A stretch of 64,000 bases of DNA from a bacterium (GTDB lineage: Bacteria; JAAXHH01), in assembly GCA_965262815.1 (NCBI GenBank), contig OZ253560.1:2313158-2377157 (forward strand), given 5' to 3'. This document shows positions 18,064-27,357 of the stretch, piece after piece. The notes beneath the pieces were generated by a model. It did not search any database. It was not told where the DNA came from and saw only the letters and a program-made list of their open reading frames with translations. Numbering within the stretch: the stretch's first letter is position 1; each line of letters opens with the position of its first letter. A program made the translations under genes and the position numbers.

Positions 18064-20346
18064 TTAACGAGTCTGGAGTTGCCTGGCCACTTCCCGTGTC
18101 TCGTAGACCTCAATAGTATCGTCCTGCTTGATATCCTGGTATCCCTCAACGGTCAGGCCGCATTCAAATCCGGACTGAACCTCGCGTACGTCTTCCTTGA
18201 ACCTGCGCAGAGAGCCCACTGTGCTTTCATAGACGACGACCCCGTCACGAATGAGACGGATGTTCGCATTACGGACCACGTTGCCGGTCTGAACGTAGCA
18301 TCCCGCTATGGTCCCGACGCGGGGCGCCCTGAATATCTCCCTGACTTCCACCACACCCACCACCTGTTCTTCGATATCCGGTTTCAACATGCCTTCCAGG
18401 GCGTCCGTGACATCCTGTATCACACGGTAGATGATATCGTACAGACGGATGTCGACTTTTTCACGCTCGGCCAGTGCCCGAGCCTGGGCGTTCGGCCGTA
18501 CGTGAAATCCAATGATGATGGCATTTGACGCGGTGGCGAGCAGGACGTCGGATTCGTTGATGGCCCCGATGCCCGTATGGATGATCCGGATTTTGACTTC
18601 GTCGTTCTCCAGACGCAGCAACGAATCGCCCAGGGCTTCCACGGAACCGCCCACGTCACCCTTGACGATCACGGGAAGTTCCTGGATCTCGCCCTCCTTG
18701 ATCTGGTCGTATATGTCCTCGAGGGTGATGGGCTTGGCCTGGCGGAACTCATGCTCCCTTCGCATTTGTCGGCGCCTGGAACCGATCTCCCTCGCCACGG
18801 ACTCCGATTCCACGACGGCGAATGCGTCTCCTACCTGGGGCATACCGGAAAAGCCCATGATCTGCACAGGTGTGGACGGACCCGCTTCCGTAATGCGCGT
18901 GCCCCTTTCGTTGAGCAGCGCCCTTACGCGGCCGCTTAACTGTCCCGCCACGAAGGGGTCGCCGACCCGAAGCGTGCCTTGCTGAATGAGCACGGTGGCG
19001 AGCGTCCCTCTACCGCGGTCCAGTTCGGCTTCGACCACCACACCCTGCGCCCGCCGGTTTCGGTTAGCTTTCAAGTCGAGCATCTCGGACTGAATCAACA
19101 CCATTTCCAGGATATTGTCCACACCCTTGCCGGATAGGGCTGAAACTTCACAGGCAATGACTTCACCGCCCCAGTCTTCAACGAGGAGACCGCGATGGCT
19201 CAATTGCTCCCGGATTCGATCGGGACGGGCTGTTTCCAGGTCCATTTTGTTCAGAGCGATGATTATGGGAACTTCGGCGGCCTTGGCGTGATCGATGGCC
19301 TCGATCGTCTGTGGCATGACCTCCTCGTCGGCCGCCACGACCAGGATGACGAGGTCGGTCACCTGCGTTCCCCGGGCGCGCATGGCGGAAAACGCCTCGT
19401 GTCCCGGTGTGTCCAGAAAAGTGATCTGGCCGCCTTCCAGGTCGACTTCATAGGCGCCGATGTGCTGGGTTATTCCGCCGGCCTCGCCGGCGATCACGTT
19501 GCTTTCCCGGATATAATCGAGGAGGGAGGTCTTGCCGTGGTCCACGTGCCCCATGATGGTAACCACGGGGGGACGGGATTCAAGGACGGCATCGTCTTCT
19601 TCTTCGTCTTCTTCGATATACTCGAGACCGTACTCGGACTGTTTCTCGACGTCATAACCGAATTCCGCCGCGACGGTCATCATGGTATCCATGTCCAGCC
19701 GCTGGTTGATCGTGATCATGAGCCCGAGTTGCAGGCATTTCGATACGACCTCCGTCGGGGTTACGGAAATATGCTCAGCCAACTCTCCGGCTGAAATGAA
19801 CTCCGGAACCTGTATGACGTTCAGGGACTCTTCTTCAGCTTCCCCCTCTTCCCGGTCACTGCGGCGGCGGCGGCGGGACTTGCCAGTGTCCATCTGTGCG
19901 ATCGTCCTGCGTACGCTCGCCTCGACTTCCTTCTGATCGACCTTCGCCTTCTTTTTCTTCTTGGATCGACGGCGTTGCGAGCGGGCATCGCTGCTGGCCG
20001 CTTGTACGGAGGGTTTTACCTCCTTCCTGGCCGCAGGCGCTGCTTCAGTCCGCTTCCTGGCCGCAGGCGCGGCTTCCGTGCGCTTCTTGACCGCAGACAG
20101 CTTGTCCTTTTCCGCCTGTTTCTTTTTAGCGATCTCCGACGCGGCCATCTTCTTCTTCCGGTCCTGTTCCTCCCGGGCCGCCAGTTTCTCCTTCTCAAAC
20201 CGCATGTTGACGTCGAGGATCATCTTTTCGTCCATGATGCTCATGTGGCTTTTGACCGTATGGTTCAGATCGCGAAGCATCTGGACGAGCGCGTTGCTGG
20301 AGATATTGTACTGCTTTGCTACTTCGTAGATTCTCTTAGTCGCCAT
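18064..20346 (-). CDS. infB: Translation initiation factor IF-2
   Basis: G-domain motifs [13 protein letters not shown] and NKMD. The track start at 20358 is a GTG; ATG 20346 ([13 protein letters not shown]) matches the IF2 N-domain. Confidence 0.9.
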   Translation of the reverse strand: MATKRIYEVAKQYNISSNALVQMLRDLNHTVKSHMSIMDEKMILDVNMRFEKEKLAAREEQDRKKKMAASEIAKKKQAEKDKLSAVKKRTEAAPAARKRTEAAPAARKEVKPSVQAASSDARSQRRRSKKKKKAKVDQKEVEASVRRTIAQMDTGKSRRRRRSDREEGEAEEESLNVIQVPEFISAGELAEHISVTPTEVVSKCLQLGLMITINQRLDMDTMMTVAAEFGYDVEKQSEYGLEYIEEDEEEDDAVLESRPPVVTIMGHVDHGKTSLLDYIRESNVIAGEAGGITQHIGAYEVDLEGGQITFLDTPGHEAFSAMRARGTQVTDLVILVVAADEEVMPQTIEAIDHAKAAEVPIIIALNKMDLETARPDRIREQLSHRGLLVEDWGGEVIACEVSALSGKGVDNILEMVLIQSEMLDLKANRNRRAQGVVVEAELDRGRGTLATVLIQQGTLRVGDPFVAGQLSGRVRALLNERGTRITEAGPSTPVQIMGFSGMPQVGDAFAVVESESVAREIGSRRRQMRREHEFRQAKPITLEDIYDQIKEGEIQELPVIVKGDVGGSVEALGDSLLRLENDEVKIRIIHTGIGAINESDVLLATASNAIIIGFHVRPNAQARALAEREKVDIRLYDIIYRVIQDVTDALEGMLKPDIEEQVVGVVEVREIFRAPRVGTIAGCYVQTGNVVRNANIRLIRDGVVVYESTVGSLRRFKEDVREVQSGFECGLTVEGYQDIKQDDTIEVYETREVARQLQTR
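20022..20097. repeat. 30-nt tandem repeat (about 2.5 copies) inside infB encoding [10 protein letters not shown] units
   Basis: cttcctggccgcaggcgc(t/g)gcttc(a/c)gt(c/g)cg is repeated at 20022 and 20052. Confidence 0.8.
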
Positions 20347-20385
20347 TTGCGAAAACACTTCCTCATACGTGCCTGATGACCCGGT

Positions 20386-20718
20386 CTAGGGACTTGTTGG
20401 ACCCGCCGGACCCGCTTTCTTCAACATGCCACTCGCGAAATGCCGGTCCGATATGGACAGCACCACCTTGGGCGCCCTGTTCAGACACGCGCCCAGTTCC
20501 AAGCTGGTATGACATTCGAGCACCGGTACACCGTTGGAACCCGCCAGTCTCCTGAATGAGCGCTTCGTACCCTCGGACGCGTCCATGGCGAGGATGACCA
20601 GCCGGGATTTCCCTCCTCGAATGGACTCTTTCACGGCTTCCGATCCGCCTCTTACCCGGCCTGCGCGCACCGCGAGTCCCAGGAGTCCCGTTACCGAAGG
20701 ATTTTCACTTTTCATCAA
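20386..20718 (-). CDS. L7Ae/L30e-family protein (YlxQ-like)
   Basis: 110 aa with LGLAVRAGRV..G.EAV..I..GK..LVILA.DASE. Conserved position between nusA and infB. Confidence 0.75.
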   Translation of the reverse strand: MMKSENPSVTGLLGLAVRAGRVRGGSEAVKESIRGGKSRLVILAMDASEGTKRSFRRLAGSNGVPVLECHTSLELGACLNRAPKVVLSISDRHFASGMLKKAGPAGPTSP

Positions 20719-20737
20719 AACAGAAAGTCCTTTATCC

Positions 20738-21997
20738 CTACTGCACCGCGGTCATGATCTTCTCTGCGGTTACCCCGCCGATCCCTGAAATAGCCTGAAG
20801 ATCATCCGAGGTGGCCTGCTGCAAGGCATCCACCGTCGTATAGCCGGCGTCTTCCAGCTTCTGCCGCAGTTTCTCCGATATGCCATCGATTTCTGCCAGG
20901 GATCCGGCTTCATCCGCATCGAATTCATCCGTACCGAATGTTTCTGATATGAGCTGTTTCTCGAGATCCGACCTCTTGATCAGATCGATATTCCACCCGG
21001 TGAGCTTGACTGCGAGTCGGGCGTTCTGGCCGGCCTTTCCAATAGCCAGTGAAAGCTGATCGTCCTCAACGACCACGCGCATGTCCTTCTTCTCGATGTC
21101 CAAGATCTGGACCTGGGCTACCTCTGCGGGCCGCAACGCCTGCGTCACGAAGGTGGACGGATCATTACTCCAGGGCACGATGTCGATGCGTTCGTTGTTG
21201 AGTTCTCGCACAACGGCCTGAACCCTGGTACCCTTCATGCCCACGCAAGCGCCCACGGCGTCGACGCGGTCATCATGGGAGAGGACGGCGATCTTGGAAC
21301 GATCCCCCGGCTCTCTTGCGGACGCCTTGATTTCGACGATGCCTTCATGGATCTCCGGGACTTCCATCCGAAACAGAAGTTCCAAGAAGGCCTCGCACGT
21401 CCTCGAAAGAATGACCTGGGGACCCTTGATGGAGTTCTGCACGTCGAGTATGAAGGCACGGATGGTTTCACCCTGCCGGTATCGTTCTCTTCGGATCTGC
21501 TCGCGCCAGGGCAGCAACGCTTCGGTGCGCTCGATCTTGACGATGATATTGCCCCGGTCCACCTGCTGTACGCTGCCAATCACGATTTCGTTGACGCGGT
21601 CCTTGTACAATTCAAAGACGTTTTCCCGCTCCGCCTCCCGAACGCGCTGTACGACGACCTGCTTCACCGCCTGAATCGCGTTGCGCCCGAACTCTTCGAA
21701 GGCGAGCGACTGTTCGACCCGGCCGCCGACCTCCGCCTCCGGGCTGATGTCCAAAGCCGTTTCAAGGTTGATCTGCGTTTCGGGGTCCTCGACTTCGTCA
21801 ACCACGTCCCAGACCGCCGCCATTTCAATGGTGCCCAGCTTTTCGTCGATCCGTACCTCGACGTTGTCGTCGCCCGTGCCGAACCGCTTCTTCGCGGCAG
21901 TGATCAGGCCGGTCTTTACCGTGTCCCAGACCACGTCCCGTTCCACGTTCTTCTCGCGTATGATCTGTCCCAGTGCTTCTATGACCTCGTAATTCAT
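20738..21997 (-). CDS. nusA: Transcription termination/antitermination factor NusA
   Basis: 419 aa with S1 and two KH domains (LAIGKAGQNARLA) and a C-terminal HhH-type region. Confidence 0.95.
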   Translation of the reverse strand: MNYEVIEALGQIIREKNVERDVVWDTVKTGLITAAKKRFGTGDDNVEVRIDEKLGTIEMAAVWDVVDEVEDPETQINLETALDISPEAEVGGRVEQSLAFEEFGRNAIQAVKQVVVQRVREAERENVFELYKDRVNEIVIGSVQQVDRGNIIVKIERTEALLPWREQIRRERYRQGETIRAFILDVQNSIKGPQVILSRTCEAFLELLFRMEVPEIHEGIVEIKASAREPGDRSKIAVLSHDDRVDAVGACVGMKGTRVQAVVRELNNERIDIVPWSNDPSTFVTQALRPAEVAQVQILDIEKKDMRVVVEDDQLSLAIGKAGQNARLAVKLTGWNIDLIKRSDLEKQLISETFGTDEFDADEAGSLAEIDGISEKLRQKLEDAGYTTVDALQQATSDDLQAISGIGGVTAEKIMTAVQ

Positions 21998-22015
21998 TAC
22001 CAGGGGCTCCCTCTC

Positions 22016-22498
22016 CTAATCTCTATCCCAGCTTTGATCCAATTCCCGGTTGGCTTTCCTGATGCTTTCAACGGGAATGCGGTGTCTTTCCTCGCCACAG
22101 ACGATTTCGACCGCTCCGTTCTCGATGCCCTCGAGGCAGCCAACGTGGGTGACCGATTCGCCGTCGACGTCATCGGAAACGATCTTCACCCATTTGCCGA
22201 GAGCCCGCTGATAGTCCCTGGTCGTCTTGAACGGCCGGTCCAGCCCTGGCGATGAGACTTCTAGTGTATATCGGGACGGAATGGGATCTTCCATATCGAG
22301 CAGGCAGGACAATTCGCGGTTTATTTCCACACAGTCGTTGATCGTAACGCCACCCGGCTTTTCGATCAGTATTCGCAGGATGTAACTGCCCTGTCTCCCC
22401 GCCAGTTCCATGTCCACCAATTCGAACCCGGCTTCGTCTATCAGCGGCTTGACGAGCGACGACACACTCAGGACTATCGAATCGCGGTCAATTTCCAT
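22016..22498 (-). CDS. rimP: Ribosome maturation factor RimP
   Basis: The track ORF extends to 22606 across a terminator hairpin. MEIDRDSIVLSVSSLVKPLIDEAGFELVDMEL at 22498 fits RimP N-termini. Confidence 0.8.
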   Translation of the reverse strand: MEIDRDSIVLSVSSLVKPLIDEAGFELVDMELAGRQGSYILRILIEKPGGVTINDCVEINRELSCLLDMEDPIPSRYTLEVSSPGLDRPFKTTRDYQRALGKWVKIVSDDVDGESVTHVGCLEGIENGAVEIVCGEERHRIPVESIRKANRELDQSWDRD

Positions 22499-22532
22499 CA
22501 CGTAACTTAGGTATTCAGCCTGTAAATCGCAC

Positions 22533-22560
22533 AAAAAAAAGCGGGCACTACTACGCCCAC
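22533..22560 (-). terminator. Rho-independent terminator (minus strand) upstream of rimP
   Basis: The minus strand reads GTGGGC-gtagtagt-GCCCGC followed by T8. Confidence 0.7.
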
Positions 22561-22635
22561 TTCTGCAGCACCGTTCTAATATATGCGGCCAATTTAAATC
22601 AAGCAAGCAAAAAGTTTTACGTCAATCCCAGGACC

Positions 22636-23496
22636 ATTCCCGGGCGGGATCCAAAAAGTACTTGGATCGCGAAAGAACTCAAAATATGTTTAGTCCTGTA
22701 CAGTGTTTAAAAATTGCGCGGGGCAGGAGGCGTCAGATGAACAAGGCAGTATGCTACATCAGGGTCGGTCCAATGGAGACCCGAAAGCATCCTTTTCGAC
22801 GGGCGGACCAGGAGAAACGGCTCCGGATTTACTGTGCGGATAACGGCCTCGATATCATGTTGGTTATTCTCGACGTTCGCGTAGAGGCGTTCATTCCTCT
22901 CGAAGAAAGGCTGGGCGGCCGCGACCTGGTCAACATGGTTGAATCCAAGGGCATCCAGCATGTGGTGATCTGGCGGCTTGACCGGATGTTCAGATCGGCG
23001 TCCGAAATGTCCGGTTGCCTTCGGGGCTGGTCTGCCGAGGGCGTCGTGTGCCACGTGCTCGACCTTGATGGCCTGTCGATCCGAACCGACCAGGATACCG
23101 GGAAGGTGGTCCTGAGCACGCTCACGGTGCTGGCCGGCATGGCCCGCGACCTGCCCGCCGAACGAACGAAGAACTCGATACGGCTGAAGAAGACCAACCG
23201 GTTCGTATACGGCGCAACACCCTATGGTTACGACCTTTCCGGTAACCAGTTGATACCCAACTCCAGGGAACAGGAGATCATCAAACAAGTCAAAAACTGG
23301 CGTGCCGAGGGCAGGAGCCTGCGCAAGATCGCGAATGAACTCAATGAAATGGGCGTCCCCACCAAGCGCGCCGCGGTGGTTTCCAGGGAAACCCAGTGGT
23401 ACGCATCCACGGTCAGTTATCTACTGAAAAATGAACTCTACCTGGCCGAGGACGATGAGGACCAGGTCAAGGGGCAGGGGTAACCCGCCGGGGAAT
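22636..23496 (+). mobile_element. Putative minimal serine-recombinase element (or remnant) bounded by a 15-bp imperfect inverted repeat, abutting the 3' end of tRNA-Arg
   Basis: ATTCCCGGGCGGGAT (22636-22650) matches the reverse complement of 23482-23496 (ATTCCCCGGCGGGTT) at 13/15 positions. The recombinase is the only gene inside. Confidence 0.4.
22737..23483 (+). CDS. Serine-recombinase-like protein (resolvase domain plus 'recombinase' domain), truncated, with the nucleophilic Ser replaced by Gly
   Basis: MNKAVCYIRVG... where the family has YxRVS. LDRMFRS (D67/R68/R71 equivalents) is retained and YGATPYGY...WYASTVSYLLKN is the recombinase domain. No zinc-ribbon or coiled-coil tail. SD GGAGG lies before ATG 22737. 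Confidence 0.75.
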   Translation: MNKAVCYIRVGPMETRKHPFRRADQEKRLRIYCADNGLDIMLVILDVRVEAFIPLEERLGGRDLVNMVESKGIQHVVIWRLDRMFRSASEMSGCLRGWSAEGVVCHVLDLDGLSIRTDQDTGKVVLSTLTVLAGMARDLPAERTKNSIRLKKTNRFVYGATPYGYDLSGNQLIPNSREQEIIKQVKNWRAEGRSLRKIANELNEMGVPTKRAAVVSRETQWYASTVSYLLKNELYLAEDDEDQVKGQG

Positions 23497-23569
23497 ACGC
23501 CAGAGAGGATTCGAACCTCTGACCTACGGCTCCGGAGGCCGTCGCTCTATCCAGCTGAGCTACTGGCGC
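23496..23569 (-). tRNA. tRNA-Arg (anticodon CCG), 74 nt, CCA not encoded
   Basis: Manual cloverleaf: acceptor GCGCCAG/CTGGCGT (G1-U72), D-arm GCTC/GAGC, anticodon stem ACGGC/GCCGT with loop CTCCGGA, T-arm AGAGG-TTCGAAT-CCTCT, discriminator A. Confidence 0.9.
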
Positions 23570-23586
23570 GCGATATTTCCGACCGC

Positions 23587-23616
23587 AATATAACGAGCTA
23601 TTACGGCCCGTGTCAA
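23587..23616 (-). promoter_or_regulatory. Sigma70-type promoter for tRNA-Arg
   Basis: The minus strand reads TTGACA-N18-TATATT, about 17 nt upstream of the mature tRNA 5' end. Confidence 0.6.
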
Positions 23617-23621
23617 TCCAT

Positions 23622-24980
23622 TTACCGGGTCGCGGCAGGTGGTAGCCTGAGCCGGCCGGTGGCGCCTTCGGCGTCCGTCGAGATCACCTCCAGGTCGACA
23701 AAGGTATTTACCTGATCCACCACTCCGTCGAACCACAGCCTGAGCCCGTGATCCGTCCTCCCCGTCATTCCCCGATCACTTGATTCTTCCTCGACCAGCA
23801 CCGGCAGGGTCAGGCCCCTGAAACGACGGTTATAGGCAGCAGACTTCCGTTCGCTCAGCAAACGCAGCAGCCGGCTTCGGTCTCGGGCAACCGAATGGGG
23901 AACCTGGTCCGGCATCCGGGCGGCCCGGGTGTGATCTCGCTTCGAGTAGGTAAACACGTGGAAATAAGCGAAGGGCAGACAGTCCAGCCAGTCGTACATG
24001 CGCTGAAAACAGGCGTCCGTTTCTCCGGGGAATCCGACCATGATATCGGCCCCTATACAGATATCCGGTACTGCTTCAACAAGCCGGGCAATGACTTCTC
24101 CAGCTTGATCGGCCGAATAGGTCCTGCGCATGGCTTTCAGCAGATCGTCATCGCCGTGCTGTACGGCCAGGTGCAGGTAGCGGCATAGCCTGGGAGCATG
24201 CGTTTTCAACAGGTCGATCAGGTCCTGGTCCACCGCGGTGGGCCAGATGGAACTCAACCTCAGCCGGGGCAGCGAGGTTTGCTCCAGGAGTTTTCGGACG
24301 GCCGAGGTCAGTGGGAAGGGCGTCGGAAGGTCCGAACCGTACTCGCCGAGGTGGACCCCGGTCAGGACGATCTCGGCGTACCCGCTTTCTATCAGGGAGA
24401 GGGCCTGGCGAAGCATCGCTTCCGGCGGCAGGCTGCGGTGCCGTCCGCGGGCCCAGGGGATAATGCAGAAGGAACAAAACTGGTCGCATCCGTCCTGGAT
24501 CTTCAACATGGCCCGGGTGCGGTTTTCGAAGGTGGAGACATCAAGTCGCTCGTCGAAACGCGTCATCTCCGCTCTTCGCGTCACCCTGGACACAGGATGA
24601 ACGCTCTCGCGTTCCCGCAATACGTGTTCGACGAGATCGCCTTTTTCCACGTTGCCCAGGACGAGGTCCACCCCTTCTATATCCAGGAGGTGGTCGGGAT
24701 GGGTCTGGGCGTAACAGCCCGTGGCTACGACGGTGGCACCTGGGCGCCGCCGCACGGCCTGGCGGAGAGTCTGCCGGGCACGCGCATCGGCCTGGTTCGT
24801 CACCGTGCAGGTGTTGACGACATAGACATCCGCGGGCTCGGTGAAGGGGACGACCCGGAAGCCCCGGGAAACGAACTGCTCCCGGATGGCCTCGGTCTCG
24901 TATTGATTCAAACGGCAGCCCAGCGTATGCAGAGCTACCGTGGGAGATTCGGCTGCGCAGGCTATGGCCGGATCGGTCAC
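23622..24980 (-). CDS. mtaB: Radical-SAM tRNA methylthiotransferase, MtaB-type
   Basis: 452 aa with the N-terminal HTLGCRLNQYETEAI, radical-SAM CDQFCSFCIIP and a C-terminal TRAM-like region. Confidence 0.8.
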   Translation of the reverse strand: MTDPAIACAAESPTVALHTLGCRLNQYETEAIREQFVSRGFRVVPFTEPADVYVVNTCTVTNQADARARQTLRQAVRRRPGATVVATGCYAQTHPDHLLDIEGVDLVLGNVEKGDLVEHVLRERESVHPVSRVTRRAEMTRFDERLDVSTFENRTRAMLKIQDGCDQFCSFCIIPWARGRHRSLPPEAMLRQALSLIESGYAEIVLTGVHLGEYGSDLPTPFPLTSAVRKLLEQTSLPRLRLSSIWPTAVDQDLIDLLKTHAPRLCRYLHLAVQHGDDDLLKAMRRTYSADQAGEVIARLVEAVPDICIGADIMVGFPGETDACFQRMYDWLDCLPFAYFHVFTYSKRDHTRAARMPDQVPHSVARDRSRLLRLLSERKSAAYNRRFRGLTLPVLVEEESSDRGMTGRTDHGLRLWFDGVVDQVNTFVDLEVISTDAEGATGRLRLPPAATR

Positions 24981-25016
24981 GTTAAAACCTCTGTCCTTCC
25001 GGCCATGCGCCGGTGA

Positions 25017-27281
25017 TCAACCGTCCTTTTCCTCTTCCGTAACCGCTTCCTCTACCGTGGCAGCTTCCACTTCCGTGGCAGTTTCCTCTGCGGTGGCAGT
25101 TTCCTCTGCGGTGGCAGTTTCCTCTACCGCGGCAGTTTCCTCTACCGTGGCAGTTTCCTCCTTCGTGGCAGTTTCTTCTACCTTGGCAGTTTCTTCTACC
25201 TTGGCAGTTTCCTCTTCCACGGACACGACATCGCCGATCACGGTACTCGCCACCGGGTGTTTATGCAGGTACTCGTCGATTTCCGCTCTTTCCCTGTCTC
25301 GGAAATAGGCCTTCACGCTGAGTACGACCCGCCGGTTCTTGCCATCGAATTCGATGACCTTAAGCGGGATCTCCTCGCCTTCCTTGAAGGCGTCGCCCGG
25401 CCGTTTGATTTCAGGATGGTTGAGCTGGGAAATGGGTACGAATCCCTCCACTTCATGCGCCAGTTCAACGACCACGCCCCGTTCGAGCAGACGTATGATG
25501 ACCCCCGTCGTCTCGGAGTTGACCGGGTAGACCTCGGCGAGAGAAAGCCACGGATCTTCAGATACCTGCTTGATGCCCAGGGATACCCGCCGCGCCTCGG
25601 GGTCGATGTTGAGGATCATGATGTTGATCTCTTCACCCTTCTTGACGACTTCGCTCGGGTGCTTGATACGCCGTGTCCAGGACATGTCGGAAATATGGAC
25701 CAGTCCGTCGATGCCCTCTTCGATCTCCACGAAGGCTCCGAAAGCGGTGATATTTCGCACGCGACCCTGCACCATGGTACCCACGGTGTACCGCTCGTTC
25801 AGCGACAGCCACGGATCGGGCTGAGTCTGCTTCATACCGAGCGATATCTTCTCGTTCTGCTGGTCCACCTTGAGCACGGCCGCATCCACGTTCTCGTTGA
25901 CCGTGACCATCTTCGACGGATGGGTCACGTGCTTCGTCCAGGACATTTCGGAGATGTGAATCAGACCTTCGACACCACGCTCCAGTTCGACGAACGCCCC
26001 GTAATCGGTGATGCTGACGACCCGGCCCGTGATCCGTGAACCTACAGGGTACTTCTCCTCGACGTTCGCCCACGGGTAGGGCTCGAGTTGCTTGAGGCCA
26101 AGGGAAATCCGTTCCCGTTCACGGTCGAACTCCAGGATAGCCACGGTAATTTCGCTGCCGATGGTCACCAGTTCCGACGGATGTCCGATGCGTCCCCACG
26201 ATATATCCGTGATGTGCAGCAAACCGTCGATACCACCCAGGTCCACGAACGCGCCGAAATCGGTGATGTTCTTGACCACGCCCTTGCGGACCTGGCCCCT
26301 ATCCAGTTCGGCGATGATGGCCTGCTTCTGGATTTCTTTCTCCACTTCGAGCACCACGCGGCGCGATACCACGATATTGCGGCGGCTCTTGTTCAACTTG
26401 ATGATCTTGAACGGAAGCTTTTCTCCAATGAACTGGTCCAGGTTGGGCGTTTGTTTCAAAGCCACCTGGGAACCGGGCAGAAAGGCGTCCACACCGAACA
26501 GGTCGACCACCAGGCCGCCCTTGATTCGACGTAATATCTGGCCTTCCACCACGGCACCCTCTTCATGGGCGTCCTTGATCTTGTCCCAGACCTTCATGAA
26601 ATCGGCTTTTTGCTTCGACAGAACGAGCTGCCCTTCCTGGGCTTCGATATCTTCCAGGAAGACCTCGATGTCCTGGCCGACTTCGAGCTCGTCGGGGTCG
26701 GTGAACTCGGAAAGGGGTATCGCTCCTTCCGACTTGAACCCGACATCGATGACGACCTCTCCGTTTTCAACCGCGATAACAATACCGGAAACAATCTCGC
26801 CTTCCACGATATCCTTCAAGGTCTCGTCGTACATCTGGAACATCTGCTCGTATTCTTCGAGTTCCTGCTGATTCAGATCCTGTTCATCCACCCACTTGGG
26901 GAGCCTGTACGGGCGCTTTGGCGGAACGTTTTCAGGCTCGACAGCAGTCTCCGTTGCGACAGCAGTCTCCGTTTCCTCGGCAGTTTCCGTTTCTACGGCG
27001 GGTTCCACTTCGACAACAGTCTCCGTTGCGACGGCAGTATCCGCTTCCACGTCGGTTTCCGCTGCGGCAGTCTCCCCTTCCACGTCGGTTTCCGCTACGG
27101 CAGTAGTTTCCGCATCCGCTACAACTTCCGCTTCCGCAGCAGGTTCCGTTTCAACTGCTGTTTCCGTGTCCTGTACGGGTGGTTCCGCGGTTACCTCTTT
27201 AGCCGCCTCCGCGGTGCTGGCGGGTGAAGAAGATGCCTCGGTCTCCTCGACCTCGGTAATCTTCGGGGTGTCCTCTGACAT
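25017..27281 (-). CDS. rpsA: 30S ribosomal protein S1 with acidic Glu/Thr/Ala-rich repeat extensions at both termini
   Basis: Six S1 domains (repeated G.V....FGAFV..G..GL.HIS). ATG 27281 is preceded by AAGGAGGAG; the track start at 27323 is less likely. Confidence 0.9.
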   Translation of the reverse strand: MSEDTPKITEVEETEASSSPASTAEAAKEVTAEPPVQDTETAVETEPAAEAEVVADAETTAVAETDVEGETAAAETDVEADTAVATETVVEVEPAVETETAEETETAVATETAVEPENVPPKRPYRLPKWVDEQDLNQQELEEYEQMFQMYDETLKDIVEGEIVSGIVIAVENGEVVIDVGFKSEGAIPLSEFTDPDELEVGQDIEVFLEDIEAQEGQLVLSKQKADFMKVWDKIKDAHEEGAVVEGQILRRIKGGLVVDLFGVDAFLPGSQVALKQTPNLDQFIGEKLPFKIIKLNKSRRNIVVSRRVVLEVEKEIQKQAIIAELDRGQVRKGVVKNITDFGAFVDLGGIDGLLHITDISWGRIGHPSELVTIGSEITVAILEFDRERERISLGLKQLEPYPWANVEEKYPVGSRITGRVVSITDYGAFVELERGVEGLIHISEMSWTKHVTHPSKMVTVNENVDAAVLKVDQQNEKISLGMKQTQPDPWLSLNERYTVGTMVQGRVRNITAFGAFVEIEEGIDGLVHISDMSWTRRIKHPSEVVKKGEEINIMILNIDPEARRVSLGIKQVSEDPWLSLAEVYPVNSETTGVIIRLLERGVVVELAHEVEGFVPISQLNHPEIKRPGDAFKEGEEIPLKVIEFDGKNRRVVLSVKAYFRDRERAEIDEYLHKHPVASTVIGDVVSVEEETAKVEETAKVEETATKEETATVEETAAVEETATAEETATAEETATEVEAATVEEAVTEEEKDG
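25057..25218. repeat. 18-nt tandem repeat, 9 units (gtggcagtttcctct-nnn), encoding the C-terminal (E-E-T-A-x-x)n tail of S1
   Basis: Units read directly at 25057, 25075, 25093, 25111, 25129, 25147, 25165, 25183 and 25201. Confidence 0.85.
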
Positions 27282-27357
27282 GTTACTCCTCCTTGGTGAA
27301 TGAAAAACACGGACTGGCGCCACACCGGCGGCAGTCCGCCCTGACCAAAACAGTCTT

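Noticed and set aside
22499-22606. N-terminal extensions suggested by the track for rimP; the same issue arises for pnp (16003-16050), the DsbA-like gene (56784-56993), ggt (43005-43058), rpsA (27282-27323) and the mannitol-DH-like gene (30959-31117)
   Set aside because: The extensions run through a terminator, an upstream gene or non-conserved sequence. Internal ATGs give canonical family N-termini or signal peptides, several with good SD sequences.
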